DNA of 64,000 bases. Source: a virus. Taxonomy: Duplodnaviria; Caudoviricetes. The translations under genes were made by a program, and so were the position numbers. The notes beneath the pieces are model-generated. The model searched no databases. It saw only the letters and a program-made list of their open reading frames with translations, and had not been told where the DNA came from. Below, one piece after another: positions 28,190-37,008 of the stretch (positions within the stretch are counted from its first letter, which is position 1; the number at the start of each line of letters is the position of its first letter). The stretch covers positions 1,709-65,708 of IMG/VR virus record IMGVR_UViG_3300027606_000007; one strand, given 5' to 3'.

Positions 28190-28548
28190 TGTCGGAGCAG
28201 CTCTCCCCGGTCCTGCGCCGCGACCCCGGCCCGATGGGTGAGGGCCACCGCCTCACCTTCCGTTGCCCGGCCTGCAGGAGCTTCCACGCCATCCACATCG
28301 GAGCCGGCCGGCCGCCGCGCTGGAGCTGGGACGGTGACGCTGAGAAGCCGACGTTCTCGCCCTCGGTGAAGGTCACATGGCCGGAGCCCAGCGACAAGCC
28401 GGAGGAGTTCGAGGACCGCACGAAGGATCGCGAGATGTGCTGTCACTTCATGGTCAAGGCCGGCCGGATCGAGTTCTGCGGCGACTGCACGCACGGACTC
28501 AAGGGCCAGACCGTCGACATGGTCGCCTTCGAGGCCCCGTCGGAATGA
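28189..28548 (+). CDS. DUF6527-like Zn-binding protein
   Basis: FRCPAC..FH, WSWDG..EKPTFSPS, CHFMVKAGRIEFCGDCTH. Confidence 0.7.
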   Translation: MSEQLSPVLRRDPGPMGEGHRLTFRCPACRSFHAIHIGAGRPPRWSWDGDAEKPTFSPSVKVTWPEPSDKPEEFEDRTKDREMCCHFMVKAGRIEFCGDCTHGLKGQTVDMVAFEAPSE

Positions 28549-28934
28549 GCCCGTTCGTCCTCCTCGGCGGCGCCCTCGCGCTGTCCCTGCTCGCGAATGC
28601 CGCGCTCGTGTCCGACGCGATCTCGAAGCGCGAGGAGATCGCCAGGATCGAGGCCCGCGACAAGCAGGCGATCGACCAGCTCACGACGGCATCGAAGGCC
28701 TGCAGCAGCAGCATCGACAACCTCGCCGCGGAGGAGAAGGTCACGCGCGATGCCGTCGCGGAGGCCAGGGCCGAGGCCGCGAAGCAGAACCGGGGATTCC
28801 TGACCGAGGCGAAGAAGATCCTCTCCGCGCCGCCGGCGAACCCGGCCGACCTCTGCGCCTCGGCGGACAAGGCGATCACGGACGAGATCCGGCGCCGCAG
28901 GGCCGCGTCCGCCGCTGCAGCTACCTCGCCATGA
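28545..28934 (+). CDS. Inner-membrane spanin (Rz-like)
   Basis: N-terminal TM plus periplasmic coiled coil with Cys. Confidence 0.75.
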   Translation: MSPFVLLGGALALSLLANAALVSDAISKREEIARIEARDKQAIDQLTTASKACSSSIDNLAAEEKVTRDAVAEARAEAAKQNRGFLTEAKKILSAPPANPADLCASADKAITDEIRRRRAASAAAATSP

Positions 28935-29224
28935 CCGCGCGCCTGATCGTCGCCTCTGCGGCCGTTCTGGTGGCGTCCTGCGCCTCCTGGAACCCGCCGG
29001 AGACCGTCCAGGTCGGGACCGTGGTCACCACGCGATGCGTCGACTCCGTCCCGGTCCGCCCGGTGTTCGCCGCCGATGCGCTGACCGGCGACGAGGACAT
29101 CCACACGAAAGCGAAGGCGCTCCTCGCCGACGGCCTGGAGACGCGAGCCCACATCGGGACCCTCGAAGCGGAGCTGCGCGCCTGCGTGGCCCGGCGTCCC
29201 GCCGGCGCGGCCTCGGCGCCCTAG
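28931..29224 (+). CDS. Outer-membrane lipoprotein spanin (Rz1-like)
   Basis: Lipobox VAS-C; last gene of the + strand late block. Confidence 0.75.
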   Translation: MTARLIVASAAVLVASCASWNPPETVQVGTVVTTRCVDSVPVRPVFAADALTGDEDIHTKAKALLADGLETRAHIGTLEAELRACVARRPAGAASAP

Positions 29225-29544
29225 GCGCGAGGATCCTGCTGCACGATCCAGACGCAGCACTGCTCGTAGGCTTCCTCGCCGCATACCGCGCGCACCGCGG
29301 CGCGCCAGTTGATCCGGGTCTGGATGTCGGAGATCCGAGCGATCTCCAGCCGTATCCTCGTCAAGGCGGCCTGCGTCGCCAGGGTCGCCGCGGTGTCGAC
29401 GCCCTGCAGGCGCGGGAGCTGCGCGGTGAGGTGGACGCGCCAGTCCCGCAGCTCCTCGATCGCCTCGACGTAGGGCATCTCCGCGAGGCGCTCCCAGAAC
29501 GCCGGGTCCGGGATGCCGTCGTCGAGGTCGATGTCGACGTGCAT
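29221..29544 (-). CDS. Hypothetical protein
   Basis: ATG at 29544 coupled to upstream stop. Confidence 0.55.
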   Translation of the reverse strand: MHVDIDLDDGIPDPAFWERLAEMPYVEAIEELRDWRVHLTAQLPRLQGVDTAATLATQAALTRIRLEIARISDIQTRINWRAAVRAVCGEEAYEQCCVWIVQQDPRA

Positions 29545-30698
29545 CAGGCCTCGCGCGGGATCGGGAAGTCCTGGACGCGGAGATCCTCCGGCCATTCCGC
29601 GGGGTCGCCGCCCTTGACGTGCTTGAGCCGGACCCAGAAGATCCCGCCGCCGCGGTCGTCGTGCGCCGTTCCTGCCGGCCACTTCTCGCCCGGCTGTTCG
29701 ATGCCGGTCGTCATGATCTCGTGGCCGAGCTGCTTCACATGGACGGCCACGCCGGCGCGCTTGCACTGGTCGACGATCTTGCGGATCCAGTCGACGTGCA
29801 GCGGCCGTGCCGCGTGGCCGGACTCGGCCCCGACGATGACCCAGTCGACGTGCGGGTCGACCTCCAGGTCGCCGCAGCAGAGCCGCTCCTGCTGTCCCAT
29901 GTATTCGGCGCCGACGACGTGGTTCCCGCAGCACCGGAACAGCCACGGCGCGAGGTTCACCTCGGCGAGGAGCGGCTCCATGCTCAAGAAGCGGACCACG
30001 GCCGGCACGTCGACGAGCTTCGGGATGTCGCGCTTCGCCTCGTCGGGCGTCACGATCGTCGCGCCGATCCAGACGTTCGCCGGCGGCTGGCCTGCGAGCC
30101 ATGCCCGCAACCACTCGGCAAGCTGTTCCTCTTCGGCCTGGACGCCCGGCGGGATCTCCGGGCTCCCTTCCGTCACGAGGGCGATCACCTCCTCGATCAG
30201 CCGTCGGAAGTTCCCGATCCGCTTCGTGAGCAGCATCCAGTCGAGCGCCGGCGTCTTCCAGATCGTCCACAGCATTTCGATCCGCCACGCCGCGGGGACC
30301 TCGTTATCGAGCCAGTCCGACAGCGACGAGCAGAAGACGCGCTGGCGCGTTTCCTTGAGCTGCGGCTCCTCGCAGTTCGGGCAGAGCCGGACCTTCCCTT
30401 CGGCGGGCGGATAGAAGCCGCCGACGCTGCGCCCGTCGACCTCGGCGCACTCGCGCAGCTCGCAGCGGTGGCCGCAGGCCATGCACTCGACGAAGTGGCG
30501 CTCGTTCCAGGTCAGGGGCTTCCGGCGGTTCGCCGGTGCCGTACGGCGCCGCGGCTGGCCGGCGCCCCAGATCACGGACTGCCAGCGGTTCGCGCGGTCC
30601 TCGGCGTAGCAGTGGTCGCATCCGGGCCCCACTTTCGTGCAGCCCTCCCAGAAGTTCTCGGTCCTGTCAGTCCAGGAAATCTTCGACTTGTCGGCCAT
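29544..30698 (-). CDS. DUF5131 (phage Gp37/Gp68) radical-SAM-like protein
   Basis: SKISWTD..NFWEGCTKVGPGCDHCYA, RVFCSSLSD, LLTKR, FLSMEPLL, WVIVGAESG. Confidence 0.9.
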   Translation of the reverse strand: MADKSKISWTDRTENFWEGCTKVGPGCDHCYAEDRANRWQSVIWGAGQPRRRTAPANRRKPLTWNERHFVECMACGHRCELRECAEVDGRSVGGFYPPAEGKVRLCPNCEEPQLKETRQRVFCSSLSDWLDNEVPAAWRIEMLWTIWKTPALDWMLLTKRIGNFRRLIEEVIALVTEGSPEIPPGVQAEEEQLAEWLRAWLAGQPPANVWIGATIVTPDEAKRDIPKLVDVPAVVRFLSMEPLLAEVNLAPWLFRCCGNHVVGAEYMGQQERLCCGDLEVDPHVDWVIVGAESGHAARPLHVDWIRKIVDQCKRAGVAVHVKQLGHEIMTTGIEQPGEKWPAGTAHDDRGGGIFWVRLKHVKGGDPAEWPEDLRVQDFPIPREA

Positions 30699-31480
30699 CA
30701 GAGCAGCCCTTTCTGTGGATCGTTGATGTCGGTCGTCGGCGCCTCTGCCATGGCCTCGCGGACGTCGGTGAGGACCTGCGCGTAGACCGTCGGATGCTGT
30801 GCCTCGAAGTTCAGGCCGTGGCCGCGGATGTACTGGCCGCGGACCTCGCCGGGGCGGAGCCAGCCTTCGACGCCGGTCCAGCGCCGGGGGTCGATCCGAT
30901 GCTTCCGGAAGTCGTCGCGCGTGACGAAGCCGCGGATCTCCAGGATCGCGCAGATCCGCAGCGCGGAGACCTTCCAGTCGGTGAGCTGGATCGGTCCCGA
31001 CGCACCGGCGACGACGTCGGGCACGTAGGCCGGCAGCGGGCAGCGATCCTTCGGACTCCACCAGTGCCAGCCGCCGTAGTGCTGCGCCGACGGATCCAGC
31101 GCGGGAGAGAACGATAACGCCTTGCCGTGCCGGTCCCATCCGTTCCCGTGGAAGAGAACGAGGCCGAGGCCCTCGACGATGCGCTCCAGGCCGGAATCGT
31201 AGTGCGGGACCAGGATGGCCCGGAAGTCGGGCCCCTTGTCGTGCCAGTGGTCCCAGCGCTCCGGCAAGGCCTGCGAGAGGACCTTCAGGTTCAGGCGCAG
31301 TTTCGCCTCGATGCCGATCTGCGTCCCGTCGGCGCCGACGAGCAGGATGTCCCAGCCCGCCGTCTCCGCGTAGGGGATCCACACCTGGGAATTCCGGGTG
31401 TAGGAATCGCTCGGCTCCCGGACCCAGCGAAGGAAGTCCGCGCAGAGTTCGGCCTCCGTCGCATAGGTGTGGTTCTTCAC
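30698..31480 (-). CDS. Hypothetical protein with PD-(D/E)xK-like motif
   Basis: E..LC...WDILLV....QIGIEAKL. Confidence 0.6.
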   Translation of the reverse strand: MKNHTYATEAELCADFLRWVREPSDSYTRNSQVWIPYAETAGWDILLVGADGTQIGIEAKLRLNLKVLSQALPERWDHWHDKGPDFRAILVPHYDSGLERIVEGLGLVLFHGNGWDRHGKALSFSPALDPSAQHYGGWHWWSPKDRCPLPAYVPDVVAGASGPIQLTDWKVSALRICAILEIRGFVTRDDFRKHRIDPRRWTGVEGWLRPGEVRGQYIRGHGLNFEAQHPTVYAQVLTDVREAMAEAPTTDINDPQKGLL

Positions 31481-31494
31481 GGCGCGCGGACCGA

Positions 31495-32217
31495 TCAGGG
31501 CTGGCCGATGGCGCCGGAGGTCGTCCGGTTCGTGCCCTCGACGACGCCGTCGCCGGTTTCGTTCTCGCCGGCGGCGGCCATCGCGTCGGCGATCTGCGCG
31601 GTCGCGTCCGGCTTGTCCGGATCCGCGGCGACGCCGCCGGCGGCCGGGTGGCCCTTGGTGCCGTCGATGACGGTCTGGTTCTTGTCACCGCGCCCGTTCT
31701 TGCGCTCGTTCTCGATCGCCTTCGCGGCCGCGTCGGGATCCTTCGGCGCCGTCAGCAGGAAGTCGAGCTGGTCGCCGTTCTTCATCACGAGATGACCGGA
31801 GCGGATGACGTCGATGTCCGCGGTCGACACCAGGAAGGACAGCTCGATCGAGCCGCCGTCGCCGACGGGCACGACCTCGAACTTGTGGACGGTGCAGTTC
31901 CGATAGATCAGCGGCTCGCTCGTGGCCTGGACGACATGCAGGGTCCAGCCGACGAACTTCGCCGTCACGATGTAGCGCTCGATCAGCTTCGAGCGGCGGT
32001 TCGGCGTCGTCGCGATGACGCCCGGGATGTCGATCTGGTTCTCGTCGCGCTCGTAGATCGCGGGACGGACGCAGACGCCGAGGGCGTCGAGCATCGTGTT
32101 CGGGCCCTTGATCGAGAGCCGGACGCTGATGCCGGGGACCTTGTCCTCGCCGGCGTTCTGCTGGCGACTCGTGACGGCGATGACGTCGGCCGTCTTCCGC
32201 TCGGTGATTTCAAACAT
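31495..32217 (-). CDS. Hypothetical protein
   Basis: GAGG RBS before ATG 32217. Confidence 0.6.
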   Translation of the reverse strand: MFEITERKTADVIAVTSRQQNAGEDKVPGISVRLSIKGPNTMLDALGVCVRPAIYERDENQIDIPGVIATTPNRRSKLIERYIVTAKFVGWTLHVVQATSEPLIYRNCTVHKFEVVPVGDGGSIELSFLVSTADIDVIRSGHLVMKNGDQLDFLLTAPKDPDAAAKAIENERKNGRGDKNQTVIDGTKGHPAAGGVAADPDKPDATAQIADAMAAAGENETGDGVVEGTNRTTSGAIGQP

Positions 32218-32404
32218 TGGCGTTCCTCGTGGGATGTTGGGATGGGGGTTCCCGCTTACCGCCGTGCGGGGACGCAAGCGCGCCGGGTGACCGAAGTAAC
32301 CGGCCTCGCCTCCTCCTCGGTCCTGGAGGCGAAGCCGCCCCGCGTCATCCTCGCCGGCTGATCTGTGGGACCGACGAGGTACAGCGGCGCGGGGCGCTCG
32401 CGTT

Positions 32405-32608
32405 TCAGTTCTCGCGCAGACGGGTCCAGAAGTTCTCGGCGGCCTCGGCGGCGACCTGCTCGATCGGCTTCGATGCCGTCACCTCAGCGGACTCGGTCAG
32501 GCCGGCGCGATGCTCGGCTTCCCAGACCAGGAAGGCGCGATAGAGCGCGTCCTGCGTGATCGTCTTCGTCGGAGCCTTCACGAGCTGCGCGGCGGGTTTG
32601 GTGGGCAT
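32405..32608 (-). CDS. Hypothetical protein
   Basis: AAAGGA RBS. Confidence 0.6.
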   Translation of the reverse strand: MPTKPAAQLVKAPTKTITQDALYRAFLVWEAEHRAGLTESAEVTASKPIEQVAAEAAENFWTRLREN

Positions 32609-32751
32609 GGGTCATCCTTTCGGAGTGGTGGGGGAAGATGGGCCGGCGGCCAGGAAACGCAGCCGCCGGGATGTGAGGAACCTGACGAGGCGAAAGCAAG
32701 GGAAAAGCCCCGCCCGGCGCGACGCGACCGCTGTCGCCGGCCCGGAACTGG

Positions 32752-32997
32752 TCAACCGTTCGGATCGGAACCGAGGAGGCTCTGCTGCTCCTGCCCGACC
32801 TGCTCGATCGCGACGCCCTTCTGGCCGAGATCAAAGGCTTCCTTCGGCGTCGCGACGCGCACCGTGTAGGCCGTCTGGGCGACGTGCGATCGCGCGATCG
32901 ACGGATGCGTCGTCTCAACGATGCGCGGGAGCGGGGCCTTCTGGCCCTCGGCCGGCGGCTCGGTCTGCTCGACGATGTAGAGGCGTTTTTCTGCCAT
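32752..32997 (-). CDS. Hypothetical protein
   Basis: MAEKRLYIVE..., RBS-like AAAGG upstream. Confidence 0.55.
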   Translation of the reverse strand: MAEKRLYIVEQTEPPAEGQKAPLPRIVETTHPSIARSHVAQTAYTVRVATPKEAFDLGQKGVAIEQVGQEQQSLLGSDPNG

Positions 32998-33148
32998 GGG
33001 GTGAAGGCCTTTCGGTTGCGGTGATGAAGAGAGAAGCGGCGCCCGGCAGAGCCAGGAGGGTCCCAATGCCCGCGCTTCTTGCGGGCAGACGGAGGGAGGA
33101 AAACCGAGGATCGGAGGGGACCTTTCGCCGCGAACTGGTGAGCCGTCG

Positions 33149-33433
33149 TCAGCGCGACGCCGGCTCGAAAACGTGGAACACAAGCGACCCGCCCTGGAGG
33201 TGCGCGGCGCCGAGGTAGACCGCATCGCCGAGGTCGCGGCGCTGGTGGCCGGTGCCGACGATCATGAACTGGCGTGACACCTTCTCCGCGCCGGGATCGA
33301 CGAGGGCCCAGATGCAGAGCTGTCCATGCTGCTCGCGCGCATCGAGAGCGCGGGCACCTTGCGGCATCTCGACGCTCACGACGTCGTCGAGCTGGTGCAG
33401 CGGGATCGGGAACTTCCAGATCGTTTTGCTCAT
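33149..33433 (-). CDS. Hypothetical protein
   Basis: TIWKFPIP...LCIWALVDP...GTGH...VFHVFE. Confidence 0.65.
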   Translation of the reverse strand: MSKTIWKFPIPLHQLDDVVSVEMPQGARALDAREQHGQLCIWALVDPGAEKVSRQFMIVGTGHQRRDLGDAVYLGAAHLQGGSLVFHVFEPASR

Positions 33434-33440
33434 GATGCTT

Positions 33441-33668
33441 TCAGGCCGAGGCCTGCTCCTCGTCGAGCATGCTGTCGAAGGATTCCTTCTCGCTGACCTT
33501 CGCGATCGAATAGATCTCGACGGTCTGGCCGTCCTTTCCGATCGTGCGACGCTGGCTCCAGAAGGCGACCAGCTCGGCGACCCAGCGCCAGCGATAGGGG
33601 CCCTTCCGGTCCGTCGTGTAGGTGGCCGGCCGCTTGAAAGTTTCGATGTGGACGAAGAACTGATTCAC
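33441..33668 (-). CDS. Hypothetical protein
   Basis: Coupled ORF in leftward operon. Confidence 0.55.
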   Translation of the reverse strand: MNQFFVHIETFKRPATYTTDRKGPYRWRWVAELVAFWSQRRTIGKDGQTVEIYSIAKVSEKESFDSMLDEEQASA

Positions 33669-34309
33669 GACTGGGCTCCCTTCGCGAGTTCGAGGCCGGC
33701 CTGCAGCGCCTGGGCAGACGTAGGCACGGCACCGGCGGCCTTGCCGAACACCGGATGAGCGCAGTCGAAGAGACGCTCGACGCGGGCCCGGGTGTCATTG
33801 CTGTAGTAGCCGGCGAAATAGCCGAGGTTCACCTTGCAGATCTGCTCCGCGGTCATGCCGTCGGCACGCGCCGGCTCCGCGTCGAGGTTCTTCTGCATGT
33901 GCGCGACGTAGGCGGCGAGGTACTGCTTCGCATCGTCTGGGTCGGTGATCTCCATCGCGGGGCGGAGGACGTCGCCATAGGTCAAGACGGCCTTCCCTTC
34001 CGGATTGAAGACGGTCATCGGCTTGTCCGCGATCGCGGCGACCTCAGCAGTCGACACCGGCTTCGGGATCCGGTCGCCGTGCAGGCGCTCCAGCTCCGGA
34101 ACGATCCAGCTCTCCAGCCACGTCGAGAACTCGCGCAGCATGACCTCGCGCACGCGGCGGGCCTGCTCCGTGGTCACACCGGCGTCTTCGCCGAGGAACT
34201 GCGGATCACCCTGGAAATGCGCCGGCCCCTCGCGGAGCATGCGGACCACCTTCGGGGCGATGAACTTCTTCGGGGTCGGGCGGATGCCCATCGGGCTACG
34301 GTGCATCAT
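33665..34309 (-). CDS. Hypothetical protein
   Basis: Coupled ORF; C-terminal NLGYFAGYY...FGK. Confidence 0.55.
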   Translation of the reverse strand: MMHRSPMGIRPTPKKFIAPKVVRMLREGPAHFQGDPQFLGEDAGVTTEQARRVREVMLREFSTWLESWIVPELERLHGDRIPKPVSTAEVAAIADKPMTVFNPEGKAVLTYGDVLRPAMEITDPDDAKQYLAAYVAHMQKNLDAEPARADGMTAEQICKVNLGYFAGYYSNDTRARVERLFDCAHPVFGKAAGAVPTSAQALQAGLELAKGAQS

Positions 34310-34320
34310 GGCCGCAGTCC

Positions 34321-34569
34321 TCAGCAGCCGTAGACCAGGGCGACGAGATCGGCTTCGGTGCCGAAGGCCTTGCAGCCCTTCGCCACGTCGGCGAGCGTCG
34401 CGTAGTGCTTGCCGCCGCCCATCTTGTGGGCGTTGCCCAGGGCGAGGCGGCGAGTGCCGACGAACCACGCATCGCCGAGACGCATGAGGCAATACTCGGT
34501 GCCGCGCGACTCGGTCGTGATGTAGAGCTGTCCGTCGTGAATCGTCTTTTCGATGACCAGGGTTTGCAT
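34321..34569 (-). CDS. Hypothetical protein, first gene after repeat cassette
   Basis: GGAG RBS, directly downstream of element 34600-34664. Confidence 0.65.
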   Translation of the reverse strand: MQTLVIEKTIHDGQLYITTESRGTEYCLMRLGDAWFVGTRRLALGNAHKMGGGKHYATLADVAKGCKAFGTEADLVALVYGC

Positions 34570-34599
34570 TTTTTCGCTCCGTCGTGTTTGTGTGAGTGG

Positions 34600-34664
34600 A
34601 TCTTCGGACGATCAGCGTCCGCGGTCCATTTGAAAGTTCTGATCGGAGAAGATCGGGCGATAGG
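34600..34664 (-). promoter_or_regulatory. 65-bp promoter-like repeat, copy 1
   Basis: CCTAT-N16-ATCAGAACTTTCAAA-TGGACC-N17-GAAGAT on minus strand. Confidence 0.8.
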
Positions 34665-34845
34665 AAAAACCTTCACTCTTCTTGACGAGACGGACGGAGA
34701 CAGCAGAAGCGCAAAGCGCGAGGAGGATGACCGCGATCATCCGCCGCGTCGCATCGGACCGAGTCGGAGGCGGCGGCGGGAGCATGACGGACAGGCCGAT
34801 CAAGACGACGACGAACGTCACGAGGCCCGCAATGATCGCGGTCAT
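34612..34845 (-). CDS. Small two-TM membrane protein
   Basis: Two hydrophobic segments. Confidence 0.5.
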   Translation of the reverse strand: MTAIIAGLVTFVVVLIGLSVMLPPPPPTRSDATRRMIAVILLALCASAVSVRLVKKSEGFSYRPIFSDQNFQMDRGR

Positions 34846-34851
34846 GACGGA

Positions 34852-35898
34852 TCAGCCCCAGGCCTCGCGGAAGGCTTCGAGGACCTTCGCGCGGTCGACA
34901 TCGGAGAGGTCACGGGACCCGTCGAGGACCAGCTCGGCGGCGTCGCGGTTCTTCGCGCCCTTGATGTCGGCGACCATCTTGTCGACGGCCGAGGTGTCCG
35001 GCTTCGGCGCGTTCGCGTTCGCCGCCGCGCCCTTCTTCGCCGCGTCCTTGAGCCCGGCGCTACCGCCGCGCGTCACGGTCTGGCCGGCCGGTTGCTCATC
35101 CATCTCGAACCAGTCCGAGGGGGCGCTCATCTGGTCGCGAAGCGACGCGAAGATCCGCTTCAGGCGGACGACGTTGCCGGCCTGGATGGAATCGAAGCGG
35201 CGCTGGATCATCTTCTCGATGTGTTCCTTCGTGACGCCGAAATCTGCGAAGGCCTTCAGCAGCTTGTCGAGGCCTTCGGGCGTGAGGTCGACCTTCGACT
35301 TCAGCGTCGCGGCCGCCTGCTCCATCGCGGTATCGATGACGTCGCCGGGCACCTGGGCCAGGATGCAGGCGCGGACGCGGCGCTGGGCCTGATTCGCGCA
35401 CAGCTCGTAGACCTCGCGGTCGTCGCGCGTCTTCCGACCACCGCCGGACTTGTCGATCCAGTGCCGCACCGGGAAGCGGATCGACTTGAATGTCCGGGCC
35501 TGCAGGTCGATGCAGCGCGCCTCGATCGTGCTGACCGGGATCCCGAACGGGTCGATCACGGTCTCGACGATGCTCCAGCCGACGTCGAGGTTCCCCCAGC
35601 CCTGGGCGATCGCTTCCGCGGCGCGGATGCTGGGCCCGCTGATGTCGGTCCCGCCCTTCGAGTAGGCGTATTCAGCCACCTCGGCGAGGCCGGCGCGGCT
35701 GAAGCTATTCAGGATCCGATCCATGCAGGCGCGCTCGTCGCGCGGGAACTTCTCCGCCATGAGGAACTTCGTCTGAATCTCGGCGACCTCGCGGCTCTGG
35801 GCCTGGACGGCGGCGACGCTGCGATTCGGGGGCTCGGCCGCACCGAAGGGGGACTCGACGCGGGCGACTGCGCCCTGGGTTTCACGATCATTGGACAT
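34852..35898 (-). CDS. Putative single-strand annealing recombinase
   Basis: FPRDE...YAYSKGGTDISGPSIRAAEAIAQGWGN; adjacent to YqaJ exonuclease. Confidence 0.65.
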   Translation of the reverse strand: MSNDRETQGAVARVESPFGAAEPPNRSVAAVQAQSREVAEIQTKFLMAEKFPRDERACMDRILNSFSRAGLAEVAEYAYSKGGTDISGPSIRAAEAIAQGWGNLDVGWSIVETVIDPFGIPVSTIEARCIDLQARTFKSIRFPVRHWIDKSGGGRKTRDDREVYELCANQAQRRVRACILAQVPGDVIDTAMEQAAATLKSKVDLTPEGLDKLLKAFADFGVTKEHIEKMIQRRFDSIQAGNVVRLKRIFASLRDQMSAPSDWFEMDEQPAGQTVTRGGSAGLKDAAKKGAAANANAPKPDTSAVDKMVADIKGAKNRDAAELVLDGSRDLSDVDRAKVLEAFREAWG

Positions 35899-35901
35899 GG
35901 A

Positions 35902-37008
35902 TCACTTTCCTTTCTTTGCCTGCTTCGGCTTTGGGAGACGGAGGACGCGGATCACGGCGGTCCGCTTGAATTGGTCGACGGCGTCAGGCATCGGGACCAG
36001 CTCGGTTTCGAGGACGTCGCCGGTGACGGGATCGACGCGCTTCGGGACCTGTTTGAAGAGCGTCATCTCCTCGATCAGCGGCTGACTGATGCGGCGGTCC
36101 TCCTGCGACTTCCAGGTCGCGATCACGGAGCCCTGATAGGTCAGGACCGCATGCGGGGAGATGAAGGCGCCGACGGCGAACGTGAGAGTTTCCTCCCGCT
36201 CCTCCAGGTCGCGCAAGTTCGATTTCACGCGCCGCAGCTCTTCGACCTGCGCGACGACTTCTGGCGTCGCCTCGATCTCGCCGCCGTTATCGAGCGGGAA
36301 CAATGCCTTGATGTCAGAGAACTTGATCGGGTCCGGCGGCACACCGGCGGCGACGTGGTCGCGCCAGAACTCGGCCATCTTCGGGCGCATCGCTTCGATC
36401 GTCTCGTCGTCGCGAACCGTCCAATGGATGTTGACGTCGTCGAAGCTCATCAGCGCGCCGACGAGGCAGTAACGCCGGCCGGTGACCATGAGGCCGAACA
36501 TGAATTGAGCCGCGTATTCGATGGGGACGTCCTCGGTGTTCTCCTCGCCCCACTTCCGGCGCGCGAAGCCCGTCACCGACTTCGCATCGGCGTTGATGTG
36601 TTCGCCGTCGAAGGTGACGTATTCGTCACCGATGAGGACCGTCCCCCAGACGCGCAGCTCGAAGTCGATCTCGCAGCGCATGAACTCGAACTCGCCGTCC
36701 TGATAGCGTTCGCCCGTGCTGATGACCTCGACGCGGAGGCCCATCTCCTGCAGCTTGTCGACGACCATCTGCACGATGAACGGCTCCAGCATGTGGCCGC
36801 GCCGGAAGATCTTCTGGCGGCGCTCGTCGGGCTCGTCGGGGACCGTGGTCTGGCCGGTCTTCTTCATCCACAGTTCGACCGGAGTCGTCCAGGGCGAGAG
36901 ACCCATCACGGCGGCCGCGTCGGATCCGCCGAGGAAGCGGCGACGCTCGCCGTCGGTGAACGGTTCGAGCTTGCGGCCGAGGGGAATCGGGGGCGGGATC
37001 TGCAGCAT
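35902..37008 (-). CDS. YqaJ-like viral recombinase exonuclease
   Basis: RRRFLGGSDAAAVMGLSPWTTPVELWMKKTG, RGHMLEP, DAKS, AQFMFGLMVTG. Confidence 0.9.
   Translation of the reverse strand: MLQIPPPIPLGRKLEPFTDGERRRFLGGSDAAAVMGLSPWTTPVELWMKKTGQTTVPDEPDERRQKIFRRGHMLEPFIVQMVVDKLQEMGLRVEVISTGERYQDGEFEFMRCEIDFELRVWGTVLIGDEYVTFDGEHINADAKSVTGFARRKWGEENTEDVPIEYAAQFMFGLMVTGRRYCLVGALMSFDDVNIHWTVRDDETIEAMRPKMAEFWRDHVAAGVPPDPIKFSDIKALFPLDNGGEIEATPEVVAQVEELRRVKSNLRDLEEREETLTFAVGAFISPHAVLTYQGSVIATWKSQEDRRISQPLIEEMTLFKQVPKRVDPVTGDVLETELVPMPDAVDQFKRTAVIRVLRLPKPKQAKKGK

Noticed and set aside
29544-31688. 714-aa ORF from the track
   Set aside because: DUF5131 homology starts at ATG 30698; the upstream part overlaps the real gene 30698-31480
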